A DNA stretch of 64,000 bases from Thermoanaerobaculia bacterium (GTDB taxonomy: Bacteria; Acidobacteriota; Thermoanaerobaculia; Multivoradales; Multivoraceae): assembly GCA_963664405.1 (NCBI GenBank), contig OY761158.1, positions 3,712,001 to 3,776,000 of the forward strand, written 5' to 3'. Of this stretch, positions 9,971-20,378 are shown piece by piece. Under the pieces are notes generated by a model, which was given only the letters and a program-made list of their open reading frames with translations, was not told where the DNA came from and ran no database searches. Each line of letters begins with the position of its first letter. Position 1 is the first letter of the stretch. Position numbers and translations under genes: made by a program.

Positions 9971-10833
9971 TCCGGGCCGTTGTGGTCAGCTATGAAGCGG
10001 AAGAGCACCTTGCCAGGTGCTTGGCTTCTTTGGAGCCCTTGGCTCGCGCCGGAAACGAAGTGGTTGTCGTCGATAACGGATCGAGCGACAGCTCTACCGA
10101 GATCGTGGCCGCCAACGGATCCTGGTGTCAGCTGATGCGCCTCGAGAGCAACAGCGGATTCGGGCGAGCTTGCAATCTAGGAAGCGCCGATACCGAGGCG
10201 GAGCACATCCTCTTTCTGAACCCCGATGCGTGGTTGGAAGAGGGCAGCGTCGAGGTGCTGGTTGAGAGTCTGGAGAGAGACCCGCGAGTGGGCCTGGTAG
10301 CGCCCCAGTTGTACTTCCCCGACGGCCGCCGCCAGTTCACCTGGGAGCCATCTCCCGGAGTCATGGGTGACGGTCTGCGAAGAGTTCGAAACCTCGGCGA
10401 GGGGCGCTCCTGGGCACACGACGGCGTACGCCTTTTCGCTCGTGCCCTTGGAGATGCCGGCTGGATGACGGCGGCTTGCGTGCTCGTGAGACGCCAGGCC
10501 TGGCAGCAAGTCGGCGGCTTCGACGAGGGGTTCTTCCTCTACTTTGAGGACGTCGACCTCTGTCTACGTCTACGGCGAGCGGGCTGGAGGCTTAGGCTCG
10601 TGCCATCGGCGCGTGCGGGTCACTTCAGAGGAGGCTCGCGCAAGAGCGGCGAATGGGAAGTCGAATATCGACGCAGCCAGTATCTCTTCTATCGAAGGTA
10701 CCGCAGCGAGTGGGTGAGCCGGCTCCTGGTCCGTGGGCACCGCCGCCGCTTCGAGACGCTACCCGAGGGCGAGCTCAAGAGCCGGTTGCTCGCGGTCTGC
10801 GCTGAGGCGGAGCTGGCCCGGAGAAAGCGCTAG
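9967..10833 (+). CDS. Glycosyltransferase family 2 protein
   Basis: VVDNGSSD, FLNPDA, GGFDEGFFLYFEDVDLC. Confidence 0.9.
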   Translation: MIRAVVVSYEAEEHLARCLASLEPLARAGNEVVVVDNGSSDSSTEIVAANGSWCQLMRLESNSGFGRACNLGSADTEAEHILFLNPDAWLEEGSVEVLVESLERDPRVGLVAPQLYFPDGRRQFTWEPSPGVMGDGLRRVRNLGEGRSWAHDGVRLFARALGDAGWMTAACVLVRRQAWQQVGGFDEGFFLYFEDVDLCLRLRRAGWRLRLVPSARAGHFRGGSRKSGEWEVEYRRSQYLFYRRYRSEWVSRLLVRGHRRRFETLPEGELKSRLLAVCAEAELARRKR

Positions 10834-11633
10834 CTGAGATGAGTTCCGGCGCCGTCGAGCGCCGCGCTGATCGGGCTGGGCCGGCGACCGTCGGCAAAGA
10901 TCACTTTGGCAACGCCCTGCTCGAGGGCCTCCACCGCTCCCAGGACCTTCTTCTTCATGCGGTCTTGAGCCAAGCCGATGAAGTCACTCGCCTCGGCGCG
11001 AGCAATTTGCGAAATGAGACTGGACTCGTCCGGGAAATCTCGCAGCAGACCAGGAACATTCGACAGAATGACCAGAGCTTCGGCGTCGAGCGCAGCCGCC
11101 ACTGCCGCGGCCGCCCGATCGCCATCCACATTGATCGCTTCACCGGACTCCGAGGCACCTGGCGGAGTCAGCACCGGTAGGTGGCCGGCAGTGAGGAGGA
11201 GCTCGAGAAGCTTGGTGTTGACTCGCTCGACCGTGCCGGTCCAGTCGTCTCGAATGACCATTCGCTTCCCCCCCATTCGGACCCGAAGACGATCCTTCCT
11301 CTTACCCTCGAAGATCCTTCCGTCCAGGCCTGACAGGCCCACGGCGTCGACTCCTCGCAGCTGCAGTTTTTCCACCCACATCTTGTTGAGCTGACCGCAA
11401 TAGACCATTTCGAAGATCTCGAGAGTGCGGCGGTCTGTTCGCCGACTACTGTAGCCGCTCTCGCTGGTGATGAACTGCGGTGGGTGCCCCAGCGCCGTGG
11501 CCACTTCGTTGAGGGTCTCGGCCCCGCCGTGCACCAGCACCAGAGGTTGGCCGGTCTCGTTCAGACCCACCAAGTCGTCGACGACGGCGTCGACATCGAT
11601 GTCTTTCCCTCCTCCGACTTTAACGACAATCAC
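10830..11633 (-). CDS. lysZ: [LysW]-aminoadipate kinase
   Basis: VVKVGG, LVHGG, NVDGDRAAA, MKKKV. Confidence 0.9.
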   Translation of the reverse strand: MIVVKVGGGKDIDVDAVVDDLVGLNETGQPLVLVHGGAETLNEVATALGHPPQFITSESGYSSRRTDRRTLEIFEMVYCGQLNKMWVEKLQLRGVDAVGLSGLDGRIFEGKRKDRLRVRMGGKRMVIRDDWTGTVERVNTKLLELLLTAGHLPVLTPPGASESGEAINVDGDRAAAAVAAALDAEALVILSNVPGLLRDFPDESSLISQIARAEASDFIGLAQDRMKKKVLGAVEALEQGVAKVIFADGRRPSPISAALDGAGTHLS

Positions 11634-12991
11634 GGTTCTCGGCCTCCGTTTCGATTATAGGTCGGCGCGGTCACAGCGGTGCCTGGCTCGTTGTGCGGTA
11701 GCCGCAGAAGAGCGATAGCGGCCATGGCCAGAATGTATAGCCCGATGAAGAGTAGGAACGCCGGCCGATAGCTGCCGAAGCGATCGAAGATCAGTCCGGC
11801 GAGCGGAACGCCCACGCTCTGTATCGGCAGCATGAACGGGCCCATCAAGCCCATGACTCGGCCGAAGGACCGTCGACCGAAGCAGGCTCCGATGAGCGTT
11901 CCCCAGATCGGGAGCATCCCGCCCATGCCCAGGCCGAAGATCGAGCCCCCCGCCAGGAGCTCGGGATAGCTCTCAACTCTTAGAATGAACGACACCCCAC
12001 AGATCTGAAGTGCGATGGCGAGCCAAGCCGCGGCGCGTTTGTCGACGCGGTCGCTGAGCCAGCCGAAGAGGACCTTGCCAAAGAGTCCGAGGCCTGCGAT
12101 CGACGAGATCACTAGGGAGGCGGCGGTCGGGGAGAAACCGAGGTCGGTGGCGAGCGGGATGATGTGGGTGAGCAATGCGCCGCTGCAGCAGAAGCCGAGC
12201 GAGACGAAGAGTCCGATCACCCAGAAATTTCGATCGCGCAAGGGCTCAGTCCAGGAGAGGGCCGGCCGCCGTAGTGGAAGCCCCGTTACCGCCGGGGCGA
12301 GAGCTACCGGCTCGACACCGGTGGGCGTCTCGGCTGCGGCCGCCGGTGTCGGCTGGACCGCGGGGGTCGATTGCCCTTCGCCATCCGGCGCCAGCCCCCT
12401 GTCCTCAGGTCGATCTACGACGAAGAGCCTGACCGTCGGTAGGACGATGACCAGGGTCAGTGCGCCGTACAGAACGAAAGTGTTCCGCCATCCCAACTGC
12501 TCGATGAGCCAAGTCGCGGCGGGTGCCATCAGCAGCCCAGAAAGAGAGACGCCCATGGTGGCGATTCCGAGCGCCATCCCGCGTCTGGCCACGAACCAGT
12601 TGGCGACTAGCGTCGAGGCGGTGAGCCCACCGATCATTGCCGCGCCGACGGCGACGAGTGAGCCGAGCACCAGGAAGAGCTGAAATAGGCTGTTGACTTG
12701 TGAAAGAGTGCCAAAACCGATAGCGAGGAAAACGACGCCGAAAGTCATCAGCCGCCGGATCGACCGAGTATCCAGAGCTGCGCCGAGCACCGGCCCGACC
12801 AGTGCGTTGACAATGCCAAAGGTCGCGATCGCCATTCCGATTCCGAGCCGGCCACTGCCGAACTCGCTGGCCAGCGATTTGAAGAAGGGTCCGAAGGAGT
12901 AGAAGCTGAATCCGACAGAGACGAATAGCGTCACGAAACAGACAGCGACAATTCGCCAACCGTAGAAGATTTCTGTGCGCGCACGAGCCAT
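11630..12991 (-). CDS. MFS transporter
   Basis: About 12 hydrophobic segments; FYGWRIV, WFVARRGMALG, GWLSDR. Confidence 0.9.
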   Translation of the reverse strand: MARARTEIFYGWRIVAVCFVTLFVSVGFSFYSFGPFFKSLASEFGSGRLGIGMAIATFGIVNALVGPVLGAALDTRSIRRLMTFGVVFLAIGFGTLSQVNSLFQLFLVLGSLVAVGAAMIGGLTASTLVANWFVARRGMALGIATMGVSLSGLLMAPAATWLIEQLGWRNTFVLYGALTLVIVLPTVRLFVVDRPEDRGLAPDGEGQSTPAVQPTPAAAAETPTGVEPVALAPAVTGLPLRRPALSWTEPLRDRNFWVIGLFVSLGFCCSGALLTHIIPLATDLGFSPTAASLVISSIAGLGLFGKVLFGWLSDRVDKRAAAWLAIALQICGVSFILRVESYPELLAGGSIFGLGMGGMLPIWGTLIGACFGRRSFGRVMGLMGPFMLPIQSVGVPLAGLIFDRFGSYRPAFLLFIGLYILAMAAIALLRLPHNEPGTAVTAPTYNRNGGREP

Positions 12992-13049
12992 GGGGCCGAG
13001 AGCTTACACGCCTCTTTGGTGATGCGTTTCTTGAAGAGAGGGAGGTGCT

Positions 13050-13814
13050 GTGGGATACGAGACATTGGAAATAGAACAGGAGGGCGTGGTGCTACGGGTC
13101 TGGTTGAACCGACCTCACCGGCGTAACGCTGTTGATAGCCGGATGCTCGTCGAGATCGAGGACCTCTTCCGGTCGCTGGAAAGAGACCATTCGACGCGGG
13201 TGATCGTACTGGGCGGTCGCGGGCCCACCTTTTGCGCCGGTGCCGATCGAAAAACGGCTCGCGAGTCGGATCTGGATCCGGCGGCAGGGCCCAAGGAGCG
13301 GCGATGGCGAATGCAGGCAGGCCGCCGGGCCTGTCGCGCGATCGAAGAGTGTGAAGTCGTGACTATCGCTCGAATCCAGGGGCACGCGATCGGCGGCGGG
13401 TGCTGCCTGGCACTGTCTTGCGACTTTCGACTTGCGAGCAGGGATGCGATCTTCAGGGTCCCCGAGGTCGAGCTCGGCGTACCTCTGACCTGGGCAGGCG
13501 TGCCACGTTTGCTACATGAGGTCGGCGCTGCGCGCACCCGCGAGATTTTGCTTCTCTGCGAGGATCTGGCGGGGGAGAAGCTGGAGCACTGGGGGCTCGT
13601 TCATCGACGGGTCGAGGAGTCGGAGCTGGATGCTGAGGTTTCTCGGTGGACCGCCGCTGTGCTCGAGCGCTCGGAGCTCGCCGTCCACATGACGAAGACC
13701 CAGCTGCGTGGCTACTCGAGGCTCTTTGCTCTCGGCGACGCGTCGGAGACTGATGGAGACTTGATCTCGGTCGCCTACACCGCCGGCGATGCCAAGAGTC
13801 GCTTCGATGGCTGA
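13050..13814 (+). CDS. Enoyl-CoA hydratase/isomerase family protein
   Basis: LNRPHRRNA, FCAGAD, GHAIGGG, CDFR, PEVELG. Confidence 0.9.
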   Translation: MGYETLEIEQEGVVLRVWLNRPHRRNAVDSRMLVEIEDLFRSLERDHSTRVIVLGGRGPTFCAGADRKTARESDLDPAAGPKERRWRMQAGRRACRAIEECEVVTIARIQGHAIGGGCCLALSCDFRLASRDAIFRVPEVELGVPLTWAGVPRLLHEVGAARTREILLLCEDLAGEKLEHWGLVHRRVEESELDAEVSRWTAAVLERSELAVHMTKTQLRGYSRLFALGDASETDGDLISVAYTAGDAKSRFDG

Positions 13815-13834
13815 GGCCTCGGAGCGAGCGACCT

Positions 13835-13969
13835 TCAGCCGCACGGTCCTCGAGCCATTCGCGTAATCTCGAGGCCTTTGCCGACGGGTAGAGTCATCGA
13901 CTCGACCCCGGGGCGACTTCGCACGTGCGCTGTGTAGTCGGATAGGTCGTGGGAGAGAAGGACAAGCAT
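13835..13969 (-). pseudogene. Probable C-terminal remnant of an O-methyltransferase
   Basis: LSHDLSDYTAHVRSRPGVESMTLPVGKGLEIT resembles class I OMT C-termini; only 44 aa. Confidence 0.4.
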
Positions 13970-13995
13970 TCTCACTCCTGCGGCCGAGCCCGTGC

Positions 13996-15042
13996 TCAGA
14001 TCGGGTGAAGACCCGGGAACTGGAGTCCCAGGCCCTCGTCCCAACCCATCATCAGGTTGAGACACTGCACGGCGCTTCCAGCTGCCCCTTTCATCAGATT
14101 GTCGATGGCGCAGAGCGCGACGACGCGGCGAGAGCTCTCGTCGAAAGCAAAGCCCACCTCTGCCCAGTTCGATCCCATCAGGATCTTGGGCTCTGGCATT
14201 CTGTAGATGCCCGCGCGCTCGCGCACCACGCGGACGAAGGGCTCGCCGGCGTAGGTGCTTCGGTAGGCCCTCCAGAGGTCCTTCTCGGTCACTCCCTCTC
14301 GGACGAAGACGTGCGCGGTTGCCTGTACCCCTCTCACCATTTCGATCGCCGTCGCCGTGAGGTGGAGCTCGGGCTCGATGTCGAGCGCCCGTAGAACCTG
14401 CAGCACCTCGGCGGTGTGGCGATGACCTGTCGGCGCATAGCTACGGAGGCTGCCGGCCCGCTCCGGGTGGTGCGATGCCTCGCTGGCACGGTTTCCTCCT
14501 TCCGAGGATCCCACTACGAGGTCGCAGATCACGGGTCGATCCTCCGCCACCAACCCGGAAGCGAATAGCGGCCACACGGCCAGATTCGTCGCAGTGGCGT
14601 TACAACCCACGCCGCTCACGTAGCGGGCGTCGCGGAGCGCTTCTCGATAAAGCTCGGGAAGGCCGTAAACGAAACGCTCCAGCCACTCCGGCGCCTGGTG
14701 ATCGCGCCCATACCAGCGCTCGTAGTCCTCAGGGCGGCGGAGCCGAAAGTCGGCGGAAAGATCGACGATTCGCGTGCCGAGAGCCGCGAAGCGGTCGATT
14801 TCTCCCATCGTCGCGCCGTGGGGCAGGCAGAGGAAGAGGACATCGCAAGCCTCGAGCTCTGCCAGAGGGACGAAGCTGAGACGGTCCCTGGCTCGCATAT
14901 TGGGATGGGTGAAGTGAACGAATGAGCCAGCGTTGCGCTCACTCGTGATCTGCGCCACCTCAACCTCGGGGTGGTCGATGAGTAGGCGGAGGAGCTCTCC
15001 GCCAACGTAGCCGGACGCACCGGCGATGGATACTCGAGTCAT
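13996..15042 (-). CDS. lysY: [LysW]-aminoadipate-6-phosphate reductase (ArgC family)
   Basis: [30 protein letters not shown]. Confidence 0.92.
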   Translation of the reverse strand: MTRVSIAGASGYVGGELLRLLIDHPEVEVAQITSERNAGSFVHFTHPNMRARDRLSFVPLAELEACDVLFLCLPHGATMGEIDRFAALGTRIVDLSADFRLRRPEDYERWYGRDHQAPEWLERFVYGLPELYREALRDARYVSGVGCNATATNLAVWPLFASGLVAEDRPVICDLVVGSSEGGNRASEASHHPERAGSLRSYAPTGHRHTAEVLQVLRALDIEPELHLTATAIEMVRGVQATAHVFVREGVTEKDLWRAYRSTYAGEPFVRVVRERAGIYRMPEPKILMGSNWAEVGFAFDESSRRVVALCAIDNLMKGAAGSAVQCLNLMMGWDEGLGLQFPGLHPI

Positions 15043-15923
15043 GATTGTGGGGAGGGATCGTTGGTCTGAGCGCCGACTTGAAGCACATAGTCGATGATGC
15101 GCGCCGGGATATTCACCCCGGTTGGCTCGATGCTGTTACGAAATTCCATCGTGTAGTTGACTTCGAGCACGAGGAGTCCGCGCTCCGGATCCTCCACCAG
15201 GTCGACAGCGACGACACCCCCACCGACCGCTCTGGCGGCCCGCTCCGAGATCTCCGCGATCTCGTCGCTTACCGGGCAGTTGGCGGTGGCCGCCCCTTTT
15301 GCGGTGTTGGTGATCCAGTGCGGCGAGCTGCGATAGATGGCGCAGATCGTCTCCTCATTCACCACAAAGCTGCGGATGTCTCGCATCGGTTTCTCGATGT
15401 ACTCCTGGATGTAGAACACACTGTGGTGATAGGTGCCGAGGACCTCCTTGTGCTCGAGAACAGCCTCGGCGGCGTCTCGGTCGTTGAGCTTGCTGAGCAG
15501 GCGACCCCAGGAGCCGATGGCCGGTTTGAGGACAACCGGGTACCCCAGCTCTTCGATGCCCTCCAGCGCACTCTCCGGAGTAAAGGCAACCATGGTGCGC
15601 GGCGTTGGCACGTCCCCAGCCGCGAGAGCGGAAGAGGTCAGGAGCTTCGAGCCACAGGTCTCGGCCACACCGATGGTGTTGACGGTGGCGATGCCGGCAT
15701 CGTTGAGAATCTGCAACGTGGCAAGAGCTCGACCGTGGTTTATGCAGCGCTCGAGCACAACGTTGTACCCTGCGAATTGATCTCGCACCTGGGCCTCGTT
15801 GGAGATCTCGAGTACAAGGCCACGATCGTCGAGGAGATCGAAATCGACACCTCGGGTCTCGAGCTCTCGAAGCAGGAGCTTTTCTTCCACCCGGACCCGG
15901 CTGTAAAGGACTGCGACTCTCAA
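15039..15923 (-). CDS. lysX: Alpha-aminoadipate--LysW ligase (RimK/ATP-grasp)
   Basis: [33 protein letters not shown]. Confidence 0.95.
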   Translation of the reverse strand: MRVAVLYSRVRVEEKLLLRELETRGVDFDLLDDRGLVLEISNEAQVRDQFAGYNVVLERCINHGRALATLQILNDAGIATVNTIGVAETCGSKLLTSSALAAGDVPTPRTMVAFTPESALEGIEELGYPVVLKPAIGSWGRLLSKLNDRDAAEAVLEHKEVLGTYHHSVFYIQEYIEKPMRDIRSFVVNEETICAIYRSSPHWITNTAKGAATANCPVSDEIAEISERAARAVGGGVVAVDLVEDPERGLLVLEVNYTMEFRNSIEPTGVNIPARIIDYVLQVGAQTNDPSPQS

Positions 15924-15926
15924 ACC

Positions 15927-16112
15927 CTACTCCCCCCAGTCCTCTTCTTCTTCAGGAGCCATCACTAGAGTCAGTGGGTCGAGGCTGAGTACCTCGAGCT
16001 CGGCACCGCATTCACCGCACTGGACGATCTCGTTGGCCATCACTTCCTTCAGGTCCACTTGTGCGACGCACTCGGGGCACTCCGCGGATCCGGATGTTGT
16101 CTCCAAAGCCAT
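15927..16112 (-). CDS. lysW: Amino-group carrier protein LysW
   Basis: CPEC..CGEC zinc ribbon; C-terminal EEDWGE. Confidence 0.96.
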   Translation of the reverse strand: MALETTSGSAECPECVAQVDLKEVMANEIVQCGECGAELEVLSLDPLTLVMAPEEEEDWGE

Positions 16113-16113
16113 C

Positions 16114-17148
16114 TCAAGAACCCTCCTTTTCAGGGTTGTGAAGCTCGGCCTCTATAGTTGCGAGCATCTCGTTCGTGGTGGCGGAACCACCTAGATCTGG
16201 GGTCGTAGGACCCTCTCGTAGGCATTTCTCGATGGCGGCGGAAATCCGCCTTTCCTCTTCGCCACGGCCACGATGCGCGAGCAGAAGGGCCAAGGCTCTG
16301 AGGGTGGCCACCGGATTGACCAAACCGCGGCCGGCGATATCCGGGGCGCTGCCGTGCACCGGCTCGACCAATAGATGAGCATCGCCGATGTTCGCGCTTG
16401 GCAGTAATCCGAGACCGCCCACAAGAGCGCCTGCGGCGTCACTGAGGATATCGCCGTAGAGGTTGGGCGCGAGAATCACACCGTAGCGCTCGGGCTCTCG
16501 AATCATGCGATAGATCATCGAGTCGATCAATTGCTCCTCGACCTCGATATCGGGGAAGTCCTGCTCCACCTCGAGCGCGCAATCACGAAACAAGCCGTCG
16601 CTCAAGGGAAGCACGTTCGCCTTGTGGACGATCGTCAAGCGACCCGAGCGACCCTCGCTGAGGCGACTCCTGGCTTCGAGGAATGCCCGGCGCGCGATGC
16701 GCAGTGAGGCTTTTCGCGAAATGACTCTTTCGGCGATGACCTGGTCGCCTTCTACCCGCTCCCGTCCCGAGTAGAGCCCTTCTGTGTTCTCTCGGACGAT
16801 AAGAAAGTCGACGCCTTCGCGGCTCGTCGCTACAGGGCTCGAAATGGCGGGACGCAGATTGGCATAGAGATCGAGAGACTTCCGCAGTTCCAGGATCGGA
16901 CTGCTGTAGCCGGCTACTTTTCTGCTCGGCGAGCTGACCGCCCCGAAAACGATGGCGTCGCACGCGGCTGCCTCTTCCAGCGTCGACTGGGGAAGGGCCT
17001 GGCCGTACTTCTCGAAGGTCTCCCAGCCGGCCTCGAGCTCGACGGCCTCGAAATCGATGCCGACCAGGGCGAGGACACCGAGGCAGCGAGGCAAGAGCTC
17101 TTGGCCCACGCCGTCGCCGGGAATAACCGCTATGCGCATGCCGCTCAT
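16114..17148 (-). CDS. Homoisocitrate dehydrogenase (isocitrate/isopropylmalate dehydrogenase family)
   Basis: [42 protein letters not shown]; ATGA overlap with lysU. Confidence 0.88.
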   Translation of the reverse strand: MSGMRIAVIPGDGVGQELLPRCLGVLALVGIDFEAVELEAGWETFEKYGQALPQSTLEEAAACDAIVFGAVSSPSRKVAGYSSPILELRKSLDLYANLRPAISSPVATSREGVDFLIVRENTEGLYSGRERVEGDQVIAERVISRKASLRIARRAFLEARSRLSEGRSGRLTIVHKANVLPLSDGLFRDCALEVEQDFPDIEVEEQLIDSMIYRMIREPERYGVILAPNLYGDILSDAAGALVGGLGLLPSANIGDAHLLVEPVHGSAPDIAGRGLVNPVATLRALALLLAHRGRGEEERRISAAIEKCLREGPTTPDLGGSATTNEMLATIEAELHNPEKEGS

Positions 17149-17648
17149 GCCCCCAGACGCTCCTGCGCCCATGGGATGAGACCTCCCGCTTCGAGGATTT
17201 CGACCAGGCGCGAGCTCAGGGGTGGGAAAACAAAAGTGCCTGCGGGAGTGCGAACGCAGCACTCACCCAGATCGACCTCAACCAGGTCGCCGGCGTTGAT
17301 CGCGTCGACGGCTTCCGGACAGGTGATGACCGCGAGACCGTTGTTGATGGCGTTGCGGTAGAAGATGCGACTGAAGGTCTTGGCGATGACCGCGCCGACG
17401 CCGTTGTACACCAAGCAGGTTACCGCCTGCTCGCGGCTCGATCCGCATCCCCAGTTACGGCCACCGACAACGATGTCGCCGCTGCGGACATTGGCGGCGA
17501 ACTCGGGATCCAGGTCCTCGAGGGCGTGCGCCGCGATCTCTTGCGGATCCCGAAGGGTATAGGTGTATTTTCCGGGAAAAAGCACATCGGTGTTCACCCC
17601 GTCCCCGTACTTCCATGCGCGGCCCTTGGGATGGAGTCCGTGGCTCAC
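17145..17648 (-). CDS. lysU: Homoaconitase small subunit (LeuD family)
   Basis: [28 protein letters not shown]. Confidence 0.88.
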   Translation of the reverse strand: MSHGLHPKGRAWKYGDGVNTDVLFPGKYTYTLRDPQEIAAHALEDLDPEFAANVRSGDIVVGGRNWGCGSSREQAVTCLVYNGVGAVIAKTFSRIFYRNAINNGLAVITCPEAVDAINAGDLVEVDLGECCVRTPAGTFVFPPLSSRLVEILEAGGLIPWAQERLGA

Positions 17649-18967
17649 GGCTCTCTAACCTCCGCCGGAGAGGCGATGTGGCCGAGCAGCGCGCTCGCCG
17701 CCACCACCGCCGGCGAGGCGAGATAGATGTCGGCGTCGGGAGTTCCCATGCGGCCCTGGAAGTTGCGATTGGCCGAGGAGATGCAAACCTCTCCCGGCGC
17801 AAGCACACCGAGGTGGTTTCCCATGCAGGGGCCGCAGCCTGGAGTTCCGAACACCGCGCCGGCGGCCATGAGATCCTCCACCCAACCGCGCTTCAGCGCT
17901 TGGCCGAGCACCTCGCTCGAGGCTGGAATGATGAGCAGCCGGGTCCCGGTTGCGACATGGCGACCCTTGAGGAGACGGTGGGCCACTTCTAGATCCTCCA
18001 GCCGGCCGTTGGTACAGGTACCGATGAATGCCTGGTCCACACTGATGTCTTCGAGCGCGTCGACTCCTACCGTGTTGTCCACTCGGTGGGGACACGCTAC
18101 CTGGGGGTGGATCGCGGCGACGTCGAAGCGGTGGGTCTCTGCGTATTCGGCTCCGGCGTCGGGATAGAGGGCCCCTTCCGCCAGGCCCGCTTCGGTCTCC
18201 GCGACTTCGGTCCCATCTCTCGCCCCGCGGCGCTCGACTCGACGCTCGGCAAGGTAGCGGAATACCTGCTCGTCGGGCGTGAGATAGCTGGTCTTGGCTC
18301 CCATCTCGGCCATCATGTTGGCCAGCGTCATGCGGCTCTCGAGGCTGAGCGCCTCAACGCTGGTACCGTGGATCTCGATGCATCGGTAGAGACCTCCGTC
18401 TTCACCGAGAGCGCCGATCAGGTGCAGCGCGATGTCTTTCGCCGTGACCCACGACTGCAATTCGCCGTCGAGCTCGATGCGAAGCGACTCGGGCGTCTTG
18501 AGCCACAGCTCGCCGGTGGCCCATATGACGGCCATCTCGCTCCTGCCGATACCGCTGCCAAAGCCGCCCATCCAGCCGAAATGGGGCGTGTGGCTGTCAG
18601 CACCCAGAATCAACTGTCCGGGCGCGAGCAGGGCCTCCTCGCTCAGCACCTGATGACAGATGCCGCGCCCGACGTCGAAGAAGTTGGTGATCTCCTGTTC
18701 GGCGACAAAGCGCCGGATCTCGGCATGATTCTGAGCGTGTAGCGGGGTGGGTGCCGGAACCGCGTGATCCAAGGTAATCGCGAGCCGTTCGGGGAAACGC
18801 ACACGGTCGCGTCCGAAGCGAAGCCAGATCTGGCGGATAGCCGCGCTGTTATCGTGACTCAGCGCGAGATCCGGGCTAGCGTCGACGATCTCGCCGATCT
18901 CCACAGAACGCCTTCCGGAAGCCCTCGCGAGGGCCTTCTGAGCGAAGGTCTGGGCGCTCGGGCTCAT
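17645..18967 (-). CDS. lysT: Homoaconitase large subunit (LeuC family)
   Basis: [34 protein letters not shown]; ATG overlaps the hcs stop. Confidence 0.88.
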   Translation of the reverse strand: MSPSAQTFAQKALARASGRRSVEIGEIVDASPDLALSHDNSAAIRQIWLRFGRDRVRFPERLAITLDHAVPAPTPLHAQNHAEIRRFVAEQEITNFFDVGRGICHQVLSEEALLAPGQLILGADSHTPHFGWMGGFGSGIGRSEMAVIWATGELWLKTPESLRIELDGELQSWVTAKDIALHLIGALGEDGGLYRCIEIHGTSVEALSLESRMTLANMMAEMGAKTSYLTPDEQVFRYLAERRVERRGARDGTEVAETEAGLAEGALYPDAGAEYAETHRFDVAAIHPQVACPHRVDNTVGVDALEDISVDQAFIGTCTNGRLEDLEVAHRLLKGRHVATGTRLLIIPASSEVLGQALKRGWVEDLMAAGAVFGTPGCGPCMGNHLGVLAPGEVCISSANRNFQGRMGTPDADIYLASPAVVAASALLGHIASPAEVREP

Positions 18968-20121
18968 ACGAGCTCTTCTGCCAAGGGCGGTTTGGGAAGA
19001 ACTTCGTTGCGGAGCAGATGGTCGACGTCGTCCAAGGTCAGCTCTCTCTCGTCGGCGAGCGATTTGATGCGAGTGGTGAGCTCCTTGATCAGGTCGTCGC
19101 TCAGCTCCAGCTGCAGCTGCTCCGCGCGATCCTTGATGGCGTTCCAACCGGTGAGTCGATGAGCTACGTGGATGTAGCGGCCCAGACCGAAGTCTGCCGG
19201 ATCGAGGATCTCGTAAGTCGAGGGGTTGTTGAGCATCGCCTTGGCGTGGATGCCGGCCTTGTGGGTGAAGGCGGCGTAGCCGGTGATGTAGTTGTTGAAG
19301 GGCACGTCGATCTTGACGCGCGCCGCTACATAGTTCTCGATCTCCCGCAGAAGCGGCAGGTTGTAGCGCTCGCGGATGCCGTCGGGGTCGACGGCGTACA
19401 TGCGCGCGACGAAGCCGCCGAGAGGTGTGATCCCGTTGCGCTCGCCGATGCCGAGGACGGAAGTGTCGACGTGAGTGGCCCCGGCTTCGAGAGCGCAGAA
19501 AGCATTGGCGATGGCGCAACCGGTGTCATTGTGGCCGTGAAACTCGATGTCGCAGTGTACGACTCTGCGCAGAGTGCGAACGGTGTCAAAGACCTGCCGA
19601 GGGTCTGCGACTCCCACTGTATCGGCGATTCCGACTCGATCAACGCCAATCTGGTCGACTGCTCGGTACACGCTGAGCAGATCGACGAGATCGCTGCGGA
19701 ATGAATCTTCACTCGAGAAGCGAACTTCCAGGCCTTGCTTCTTGATGTAATCAACCACCTCGATCGCCGACGCGATGATCTCTGGGATCTCTTTCCCATG
19801 GGAGAACTGTCGCAGCAGGGAGGAGGTGCCGAAGAGCACGTCGATGCCGTCGACTCCGGTTTCTACAGCGATCTTCGCGTCTGACATCGCACAGCGGGTG
19901 TGGGTGAGAATCTTCGCATCGAGGCCCAGAGCCGCGATGGTCTCGCAATCGCGCCGGCTTCCCGGGCTCGCCGCCGGCGAGGTCACCTCCAGATACTCCA
20001 CGCCGAAGCCGTCGAGCATCTTCGCGATCTCGACCTTCTGTTCGGCGTCGAAGAACGCATTGGCGAATTGCTCCCCCTCGCGGAGGGTGGATTCAATGAT
20101 CGAGAAGTTGTCGAGTCCCAT
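18964..20121 (-). CDS. hcs: Homocitrate synthase (Thermus/fungal lysine-pathway type)
   Basis: [43 protein letters not shown]. Confidence 0.93.
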   Translation of the reverse strand: MGLDNFSIIESTLREGEQFANAFFDAEQKVEIAKMLDGFGVEYLEVTSPAASPGSRRDCETIAALGLDAKILTHTRCAMSDAKIAVETGVDGIDVLFGTSSLLRQFSHGKEIPEIIASAIEVVDYIKKQGLEVRFSSEDSFRSDLVDLLSVYRAVDQIGVDRVGIADTVGVADPRQVFDTVRTLRRVVHCDIEFHGHNDTGCAIANAFCALEAGATHVDTSVLGIGERNGITPLGGFVARMYAVDPDGIRERYNLPLLREIENYVAARVKIDVPFNNYITGYAAFTHKAGIHAKAMLNNPSTYEILDPADFGLGRYIHVAHRLTGWNAIKDRAEQLQLELSDDLIKELTTRIKSLADERELTLDDVDHLLRNEVLPKPPLAEELV

Positions 20122-20135
20122 TTTTCTTTCTCCAA

Positions 20136-20172
20136 AGAAAAAGACCGGCTCACCCTAGGGATGGCCGGTCTT
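20136..20172 (-). terminator. Intrinsic terminator (attenuator) upstream of hcs
   Basis: AAGACCGGC-CATCCCTAGGGTGA-GCCGGTCTT followed by TTTCTTT on the minus strand. Confidence 0.8.
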
Positions 20173-20197
20173 CCTTGCTAGCGTAGTGCGCGGAGGT

Positions 20198-20287
20198 TCA
20201 GGTCATCCAGATGTGCCGGGAGTCCGGCTTGAGTCCCCGCTTCCTGCCCTCGCCGGGGATTTGAGAGTGGTGGTACAGGCTCCGCAT
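20198..20287 (-). CDS. Putative attenuation leader peptide (29 aa) MRSLYHHSQIPGEGRKRGLKPDSRHIWMT
   Basis: Short ORF between promoter and terminator containing RKRGLK. Confidence 0.6.
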   Translation of the reverse strand: MRSLYHHSQIPGEGRKRGLKPDSRHIWMT

Positions 20288-20297
20288 TGGCGGAGAC

Positions 20298-20326
20298 ATG
20301 CTATGGAGGGGGGTTGGGGATGTCAA
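20298..20326 (-). promoter_or_regulatory. Sigma70 promoter of the lysine operon
   Basis: TTGACA-N17-TAGCAT. Confidence 0.75.
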
Positions 20327-20378
20327 GGGAGTGGCCCCTGATACGATTGCGTCCCTTTTCGAAGAGAGGGGGACATAA

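Noticed and set aside
15039-16112. ATP-grasp RiPP (graspetide) with a small acidic precursor
   Set aside because: EDWGE and the zinc ribbon identify LysW, and the ligase is LysX.
6402-19519. Long N-terminal extensions on LysK (to 8186), LysT (to 19519), the dehydrogenase (to 17262) and GT4 (from 8627)
   Set aside because: They overlap neighbouring genes; internal starts, mostly stop/start-coupled, fit better.
20130-20300. Lysine riboswitch
   Set aside because: The leader is short and lacks recognisable L-box conserved elements; a leader ORF explains it better.
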